Positions 57,012-64,000 of a stretch of DNA of 64,000 nt are shown one piece after another; position 1 is the stretch's first letter, and each line of letters begins with the position of its first letter. The position numbers and the translations under genes were made by a program. The notes under the pieces are model-generated. The model ran no database searches. It saw only the letters and a program-made list of their open reading frames with translations, and was not told where the DNA came from. The stretch is from an uncultured Gemmatimonadaceae bacterium (GTDB lineage: Bacteria; Gemmatimonadota; Gemmatimonadetes; Gemmatimonadales; Gemmatimonadaceae). Location of the stretch: NCBI GenBank assembly GCA_963781585.1, contig CAWAGQ010000004.1:928001-992000 (forward strand). Direction: 5' to 3'.

Positions 57012-59890
57012 GACGCAACCCGCGCCGCCAGATACCGCGCCGGATCCTGGCGGTCTCCACGCAGGTACACCCACTCCCCCGCCCCGCCGCTCAGAACCAA
57101 CTGGCCGCGCCGTCGCTCGCGGCCGGCGATGGTCTCGTTCACGATCACGTCCACCCCGAATGCCTCGCTGTTGTCGGCGCCGACATCGGCGCGCGCCACC
57201 CGCACCAGCAGATCGAAGCCCAAGGGGGTGGCGCGCCACGAGGCGTCGAGCGGGGCCCGGCCTCCTTCGGCAATTCGTTCGGTGACGCGCACGTGCTCGC
57301 CGCCGGGTTCGGGAACCAGGATCCACGTGTGGTGCGGCACGGCCCCCACGCGCTCCCGGCCACCCAGGTACAACTGGACGCCATCACTGTTGATGTCCGG
57401 GTGCTCGTTGTCGAGCGGATTGTCGGCCCGGGCCGGCCCGAAAGAGGGGACGTGATTGCGCACGCTGACCTCGATGAACAGGTCGGTGGCGGTCGCGCCT
57501 AACGAAAGAAGCGCCTCGGGCGATCCGGCCTCCTCCCAGCTCGCCTCCGACCGCCGGTACGCCTCGCTCGCCAGCCGGATGCGCAGGGGGCTGCCCTGCC
57601 CGGCGGTAGGAGGCCTCTCGGTAAGCTCACCCACCCGCCGTGGTGCCGATGTCAGCCGGGGAATCACGAGAGGGCGCCGGTCGGGCACGGTTCCCTCACC
57701 CGGCACCGTGGTTCCCGGAACCGCGAATGTCCCCGACGGTACCGGCCAACCCTCGAACGCAGGCGACCCCGCCGGCGGCGGCGCGGAGGCGCGTGCCCCG
57801 CCAAGCCAGCGCGTGACCGGGCCGGCGGCCCCGACCATCTCCACCCGCCAGTGGTCGGCCTGACGCTGATGCACGTCCCTCCGCCCGCCGGAGAGGCCCA
57901 CCGTCATGGTATCTCCATCGCGCCGCGCATCGAGCACCGCATCGCGCCAGGCCCACACGCTCCCGATCGTGCCTGACGAGCCGAACGCGCGCACAAGGTG
58001 AAAGCGCCGCGGCGGGCTGCCGGGCGGTCCGGGCGCCGTCGCGCGCCACCACTCGTGCGGCGCGTCCGCGAATACCCAGCCGCGCACACCGTTCGCGGCA
58101 AGCGCGAGACGCGGGCACAACCCGGCACACTCGGCCTCCCGCAGGAGGATGAAACCGTCCTCGACGTCGGCGCCGCCGGGAAGCTCGGCGGCCCGCCAAA
58201 CCACGTCGTCGCCCGGGGACGCAGTGCCGGGCCGGACCGCGCCAACGCCGTCGGCCTCGGTTGCCACATGCCAGGGCAGATCGATCGCCACGTCGCGCAC
58301 CGCCGACCAGGAGACGACGTCAACGAGGTAGTCCGCCATCGCCACCACGCTGCGCCTGACGAGCACTCCGGGCGCGATCTCGGCGCTGGCATCGATCCAT
58401 CCCGCGTCGCCCTTCTCGTCCCATGCCAGCAACGCGCCGTTCACGCGCTCCTGGGAGCGGGCGTCGGCCAGCGGGGCGTTGTGCGCCAGCGTGCTCCGAT
58501 ACCAGTGCAACGATGGATCGACGTAGGATCCCGTTCCTACATCCTCGAGCACCCGCGTACCGCGGTCCACCAGCCACAGATTCAACCGGTCGGGATGGCC
58601 GTGACCGCCGCCACCATGTCCGTAGTCGAGCGCAACGTAGGTCCGCGCGTCGCCGCGACGCAGCACGCCGAACCCCTGGCCCTCGAGCAGCACCGATGCG
58701 GCCGGCGGCGCCGCGCGGCTTCCGACCGTCTCGAGCGCGAACAGGAGCGATTTCCACCCCAGATCGGTCCGGGTCAGGCGTCCCCCAGGAACGTTACGTT
58801 CGGCTTCGGCCGTCGAGCACCACCGTGCTGTCTCGGCTGGTGGCACGCGATCGTCATAGAGCTCCCGCAGCGCCTACTGAAGCCGCGCCTCGTCGGGACG
58901 GCGCGCCAGGCCGAGTTCGCACGATTCGGCGATACGCCATTGGCGGAGCGACACCCGGTAGGGCGAATCGCGCCGCGATGGCAGCGTGAGGTCGGGCAAC
59001 GCCGTCAGAAATGGCGTCACGAACCCTTCGTCGAATCGCCGCACGAGCGCCGGGGCGATGGTGGTACCGCGCGCGGTCGCCATCGTCGCGAGATACCAGA
59101 GGCCGCGATGCGCGAACAGATGATAGTTCTCACCTTCATACCACGTCCCGTCGTCCAGCAACCCGTGGGCCAGCAGCGCGGTCAGCCCGCCCGGTCCGTC
59201 CATCGCGCGGTCCGTGACTCCCGGTCTTCCCAGAAGCGTCCCCGCCGCTGCCAGCGCGGCGCTGTTCCATACCTGGCGATTGGACAGGCCCTCGTTGTAC
59301 GACGCAATCAGGGTTGCGCTCGGTTCGATCACCCGATCGCGTACCACGCCGCCTAACGCCGTCCGCTCTCCCGACACCTCCAGCATGTCCACCGCGACAC
59401 TCACCTGCAGAAGCCAGATCGATTCCAGGTAGGTGCTGAAAAACGGGCGCGTCGGACCCAGCACGTTGTCCCGGTTCGGATACCCGAGGTACCGCTCGGC
59501 CAGGCGCTCGAGGATCTTTTCCGCCAGCGCCCGGTACCGGTCGGCGCCGTTCACCGCCCACAACACCGCCGCCTGCGCACCACGCTCCGCCAGCCAGAGC
59601 TGATAGTTCATGACCCACCAGCGGAAGTGCGTATCGTCTTCGTAGTCCGTGCCGCACTGCGGGCAGCGGTGGCGATGCGGCTGGCCCGGATCGAATGCCA
59701 GGAGCGTTCCGTCCCGTGGGCACCGGCCTCCGCCGCGCGTGAGCCTGGCCTTCTCCGCCGGAACGTAGATTTCGCCACCGGTCGACAGCCGATCCAGGTC
59801 GCCGCCCAGCGATGCAGCGAGCGGGGCGAGCGCGCCGTTCGACACCCCGCGACGACGCTCGACAGCCGAACGACCGAGAAGCATCGTCAC
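57008..59890 (-). pseudogene. Heparinase II/III (alginate-lyase-like) gene interrupted by one in-frame TAG at 58874-58876
   Basis: ORFs 58874..59890 and 57008..58846 share a frame (RLQ*ALRELYDDRVPP). Motifs WYEGENYH, GHGHPDRLN and YRSTLAHN are present. Confidence 0.8.
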
Positions 59891-61500
59891 GGCTCAGGCC
59901 GCGTGGTGTCGCTGCGAACGCGCCACTCCGACAGTGTCGGCAGTTCGCCGCGAAGATCCATCCGGATTCCGGCCAGTCGGCGCGTGACGCCCTGCACGCC
60001 GCGCGCGTGGTACACCCACGACACCGGCACATCCCGAGCGAGCTCCCGCTGCACCGCCCGCCAGGCGTCGGCCACCTCCAACTCGCTGACCGCGGTCGCC
60101 GCGCGCTCGAACAAGGAGTCCAGTCTCGGCGTGTGGAACCCGGAGTAGTCGAGCGCGCTGCCAGCGAGTCGCGACGAGAACATCGCCGCCAGGTGGGAGA
60201 GCGTCAGGTCGCCGGGAATCCCGGTAATCAGGGCGTCAAATCGTTTCGGCGTCGCCCGCGCCGCCGCGAGAAAGGCGCCCAGCTCCATCTGCCGGATCTC
60301 CATCGTGATGCCGTGGTCGCGCAGGTCCGCCTGAATGAGTTGCTCGATCGCGTTGTCGCCGGTGCCGACTGTGAGGAGCGTGAACTGCAGCGGCTTGCCG
60401 GCCCGCTCGCGAATACCCGTCCCCGACCGCGTCCATCCGGACGCATCCAGCAGCGAATCCGCCTGCGCGGTCGACGCACGATCGATGGGAATCGCGTAGG
60501 GATGTCCGTTCGGGACCGCGGCAACAGCGGCGGTGGCGAATCCCGCCAGCGCCGCGTCGATCACGCGCTGCCGGTCGATCAGCGCGTCGATCGCCCGGCG
60601 CACGCGGATATCCGTGAACGGGGCGCTCGCGACGTTGAACACGATGGCGGTGGAGACCGTGGACGGATAGGTGATGATGCGCAGCGAAGGATCATCGGCG
60701 ACCAGTGACGCCATGGCCGGCGCGATACCGGCGACGTCGAGATCGCCGCTCACCAGTCCGGCGAACTTGGTAGTCGGCTCGTCCACCACCGCGATAACCA
60801 GACGCTGGACATGCGCCGGCCCGCCGAGCGCGACGGGAAAGTCGGCAACGCGATCGAAGACCCAACGGCGTCCCGCAGCACGCTCCACGAACCGGAACGG
60901 ACCGTTCCCCACCGGCGCGAAACCAAAAGCCGCCCGGCGCAACTCGCCGTGCGGAATGGAATCGAGCAGATGCGCTGGCGCGATCGGCAATTCGCACAGT
61001 ACTTCGGGGAATCCGGGAGGCGCCTGACGGAAGTGCAGTTGCACCATTGAGTCCCCGACCGCCTCCACCTCCGACATTGCCCCCAACTCGGCCGCGCGCG
61101 CAAAGCCGGTTTGCGGGTCCCGCGCGGCCTCGAGCGTGAACGCCACGTCGCGCGCCGTCGTGGGCTCGCCGTCATGCCATCGCAATCCGCGATAGAGATC
61201 GAGGGTCAGCGTGCGCTTGTCCGGGGACCAGGCCCATGCCCGTGCGAAGTACGGTCGGGGCTGGAGCCCGGAGTCCAGTTGGGCGAGAGTGACGAACAGC
61301 GCGTATCGCTGGATCTGGCGCGCCAGAGGGTGAATCGTCACCAGCGGGTTCGCGGACTCGAGATCGGCGCCGGACGCATAGACGACGACGTCCGGTGCGC
61401 GCGCCGGCGTGCACGCGGCGAGCGCGATGCCGCACGCCAGCAGAATCGGTCGTGCGCTCTTCGCGCGCAGCCCCTCGCTCCAAGTGCGACGTCGCGGCAT
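59887..61500 (-). CDS. ABC transporter substrate-binding lipoprotein, family 5 (Opp/Dpp-like); start uncertain
   Basis: LAA-C lipobox, LRWHDGEPTTARDVAFT, PVGNGPFRF and DIRVRRAI. Confidence 0.9.
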   Translation of the reverse strand: MPRRRTWSEGLRAKSARPILLACGIALAACTPARAPDVVVYASGADLESANPLVTIHPLARQIQRYALFVTLAQLDSGLQPRPYFARAWAWSPDKRTLTLDLYRGLRWHDGEPTTARDVAFTLEAARDPQTGFARAAELGAMSEVEAVGDSMVQLHFRQAPPGFPEVLCELPIAPAHLLDSIPHGELRRAAFGFAPVGNGPFRFVERAAGRRWVFDRVADFPVALGGPAHVQRLVIAVVDEPTTKFAGLVSGDLDVAGIAPAMASLVADDPSLRIITYPSTVSTAIVFNVASAPFTDIRVRRAIDALIDRQRVIDAALAGFATAAVAAVPNGHPYAIPIDRASTAQADSLLDASGWTRSGTGIRERAGKPLQFTLLTVGTGDNAIEQLIQADLRDHGITMEIRQMELGAFLAAARATPKRFDALITGIPGDLTLSHLAAMFSSRLAGSALDYSGFHTPRLDSLFERAATAVSELEVADAWRAVQRELARDVPVSWVYHARGVQGVTRRLAGIRMDLRGELPTLSEWRVRSDTTRPEP

Positions 61501-61509
61501 TATCACGCT

Positions 61510-62490
61510 GTGCGCTACGTGGTTCGCCGGGGACTCGCCGCGGTTCTGCTCATCTGGCTCGTCGTCACGCTCACGTTCGTCCTGGTGCGCGCGGCGCCGG
61601 GTGACGCCGCCGATCTGCTCGTACCCCCCGGTGCGTCCCCCGAAGTCGTCGCGCGCACCCGCGCGCAGCTGGGACTCGATCGCCCGGTCGTGGTGCAATA
61701 TGCCAGATGGCTGGGGGATCTTCTCAAGGGCGACCTGGGTGAGAGTTTTGCCCGACACGAGCCGGTAACCGCCGTGCTGCGCCAGGCGCTCCCCGTTTCG
61801 GTCTGGCTTGGCGCGTCGTCGCTGGCGCTGACCTTTCTGGTCGGTGTGGCCGTGGGCGCGGTGCAGGCGTCGCGCCGCGGACGCTGGCTCGATGGCGTGC
61901 TGACCGGTCTGACCACCGCGGTCTACTCGGCGCCGAGCTACTGGCTCGCCCTCGCCGCCGTGGCGGTTTTCACCTACGGCATGGCGAAGCTCGGCGCGCC
62001 ATCGTGGCTCCGCCTGCCGGCGTTCGGCGTCACAAGCCCGGCCGGCGGCGCCCGTGGCGCGGCGGCCGTGGCGGATCTGCTCCGGCACTCCGTGCTTCCG
62101 GTGAGCGTGCTTGCGGCGATCGGCGCCGCCGGCATCGCTCGCTATGCGCGCAGCGCGTTTCTCGACCTGACCCGCGCCGAGTGGGTGCGGACGGCACGAG
62201 CCAAGGGTCTGTCAGAGCAGCGGGTCTTTTCGCGCCACCTCCTCGCCAACGCGCTCCCCCCGCTCCTGATCCTCGTCACGCTGTCGCTGCCGGGCGTGGT
62301 CGCCGGTTCGGTCTTCGTCGAGAGCATCTTCGCATGGCCGGGGATGGGTCGGACCATGATCGTGGCCATTTCGGCCCGCGACATGCCCGTGGTACTGGGG
62401 GTGACGCTCGTGTACGCGACCATCGTCATCGTCGCCAACGGCGCCTCCGATCTGCTGCTCCGGATGGTGGATCCGAGGCGGCGCACGTGA
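61510..62490 (+). CDS. ABC transporter permease (DppB/OppB-like)
   Basis: APGDAA, LGLDRP, GDLGES, EWVRTARAKGL and VESIFAWPGMG; start GTG 61510. Confidence 0.92.
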   Translation: MRYVVRRGLAAVLLIWLVVTLTFVLVRAAPGDAADLLVPPGASPEVVARTRAQLGLDRPVVVQYARWLGDLLKGDLGESFARHEPVTAVLRQALPVSVWLGASSLALTFLVGVAVGAVQASRRGRWLDGVLTGLTTAVYSAPSYWLALAAVAVFTYGMAKLGAPSWLRLPAFGVTSPAGGARGAAAVADLLRHSVLPVSVLAAIGAAGIARYARSAFLDLTRAEWVRTARAKGLSEQRVFSRHLLANALPPLLILVTLSLPGVVAGSVFVESIFAWPGMGRTMIVAISARDMPVVLGVTLVYATIVIVANGASDLLLRMVDPRRRT

Positions 62491-63332
62491 GGTCATCGGC
62501 AAGGTTCTCTCTGCTGGGCCTCCTGGTGCTGGCCAGCGCGGTCGCCGTGGTGCCGCTGTTGGCGCCCCAGGATCCGCTGGCCATCGCCGACGTGCTGAGG
62601 GTGCGCCTCCTGCCACCGGGAAGTACGGACGCCGGCGGCCACTTTCACCTGCTGGGTACCGATGGGCTGGGACGGGACCTCTTCGTGCGCATGATGCTGG
62701 CGGGACGCCTGTCTCTGGCCGTCGGCGTCTTCGGGTCGGTGTTTGCCGGCTGTGCCGGGACAGTGCTCGGCGCGCTCGCGGGTTGGTGGACCGGCCTGTT
62801 CGATCGAATCGCGATGGCGGTCACCGACGCACTGCTGGCGTTGCCGCGGCTGGTGCTGCTCCTGCTCTGCGCCGCGCTGTGGAAGCCCGGCACCGGCACG
62901 GTACTGGTGGTCCTGGCGGCCACCGGGTGGATGGGGGTCGCGCGCCTGGTCCGGGCCGACGTGCAGGGGGCGCGGGTGCGGCCGTACGTCGACGCGGCCC
63001 AGGCCCTTGGCGTCCCGCCCCTGAGGCTCCTCGCGCGCCATATCGTGCCTAACGCACTGGGCGCGGCGATCGTCGCCACCACGCTGGGAGTGGGCAACGC
63101 GATTCTCCTCGAGAGCGGGCTCGCGTTCCTCGGACTCGGGGTCCAGCCGCCGCACCCGAGCTGGGGGAACATGATTGCCGGTGGCCGCGATCTGATCGTC
63201 ACGGCGCCCTGGGTAGCCATCACACCCGGCGTCGCGCTCATCCTCACGGTCCTTGCGTGCACGTTGCTGGGAGACGCCCTGCGCGATCGGCTGGCGGGGG
63301 AAACGTCGGTCTCGCTCCGCGAACGGGCCTGA
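62487..63332 (+). CDS. ABC transporter permease (DppC/OppC-like)
   Basis: HLLGTDGLGRD, YVDAAQALG, HIVPN and ESGLAFLGLG...PSWG; GTGA overlap with the previous gene. Confidence 0.92.
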   Translation: MRSSARFSLLGLLVLASAVAVVPLLAPQDPLAIADVLRVRLLPPGSTDAGGHFHLLGTDGLGRDLFVRMMLAGRLSLAVGVFGSVFAGCAGTVLGALAGWWTGLFDRIAMAVTDALLALPRLVLLLLCAALWKPGTGTVLVVLAATGWMGVARLVRADVQGARVRPYVDAAQALGVPPLRLLARHIVPNALGAAIVATTLGVGNAILLESGLAFLGLGVQPPHPSWGNMIAGGRDLIVTAPWVAITPGVALILTVLACTLLGDALRDRLAGETSVSLRERA

Positions 63333-63457
63333 CTCCGGCCGGCCAATGGAGCGCGCCGCCCGCGGGCCGCCGTTTCCAGACCGGCTCGTCGCTGCACCCC
63401 GCCGTCCGACGATTTCGGCGCAGCGGGACGCCGCACCGATGCCGAAGCGCCGTTCTC

Positions 63458-64000
63458 TCACCGCACGAGAATCGTCACCACGCCGCGCGGGGGCGCCTCG
63501 AACGCGATCACGCCGTTTCGGACGGCCAGTGCGCCTAACGGCGTCTCGTCCAGCCTCGACAGCCGCGCCTCCCGCGCGCCCGGAACCCGCCAGGCACCCG
63601 GTACCGCGTCGTCGAACAGATTCAGGCAGCGCAACACGATCCACTCGCCGTCGTCACTCTCCTTGATGGAACAGCAGGAGAGCCCCCGTCCGACCAATTG
63701 CGCCCCTTCCACGATGCCCGGCGGACTGAGTGCGGTACGCCAGGTATTGCCCGTGAGCGGCAGGAGCACGTCGTCTGCCACGTGGTCGATCTGCGAGATC
63801 ATGCCCGGCCGGCGCGGCCCGTGTGGCATCACGGCAAGCAGGGCCTCGAATCGACCGGGAGCCTGGGCCTCCGGCGTCTCCTCCGGCCAGCCCGCGTGAC
63901 CGGGGCGCTCCGCCAGACTCGCCCGCGACAGGTCGCCCACGGCACGCAGCAGCGTGATGAATGCGTCTCCGGCCAGGGTTGTTTCGTATTCGGCCAATCC
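63458..64000 (-). CDS. C-terminal part of a GH38 alpha-mannosidase-like protein (5' end outside the window)
   Basis: ITLLRAVGDLSR...TPEAQ...IKESDDGEWIVLRCLN...RLDETP. Confidence 0.75.
   Translation of the reverse strand, partial: GLAEYETTLAGDAFITLLRAVGDLSRASLAERPGHAGWPEETPEAQAPGRFEALLAVMPHGPRRPGMISQIDHVADDVLLPLTGNTWRTALSPPGIVEGAQLVGRGLSCCSIKESDDGEWIVLRCLNLFDDAVPGAWRVPGAREARLSRLDETPLGALAVRNGVIAFEAPPRGVVTILVR

Noticed and set aside
58874..58876. Genome-wide TAG recoding
   Set aside because: TAG is the normal stop of rpsD, rpsK, rpsM, pyrF, aspA and others at their expected lengths.

Overview
A high-GC (roughly 70% by eye), gene-dense chromosomal segment of mostly core genes. Gene content and order suggest Gemmatimonadota (inference, not verified). 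From left to right: partial carB, gmd, the alpha ribosomal operon (rpmJ-rpsM-rpsK-rpsD-rpoA-rplQ with rpmB appended), pyrF/pyrD, an amidase, smpB, tRNA-Leu(CAG), an Rrf2 regulator, aspA, trxB and an E2 acyltransferase. Next come an ino1 plus CDP-alcohol phosphotransferase pair, an amino-sugar recycling cluster, two amino-acid transporters, a long K+-independent membrane pyrophosphatase, tonB-exbB-exbD-exbD, two two-component pairs, a stand-alone tRNA-Ala(UGC) and trxC. The right end holds an alternative complex III operon (actABCDEF) with a perfect Rex-type operator, then an amidohydrolase pair, an aminotransferase, trmJ, a heparinase-like gene split by one in-frame TAG, an ABC transporter and a partial GH38. 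I found no prophage, transposase, integrase or CRISPR. The most striking unexplained signal is a dispersed, non-palindromic motif, (C)GTTAGG(C). I counted about 20 copies on both strands, in several reading frames, often using rare TTA codons, which points to a DNA-level signal rather than a protein constraint.
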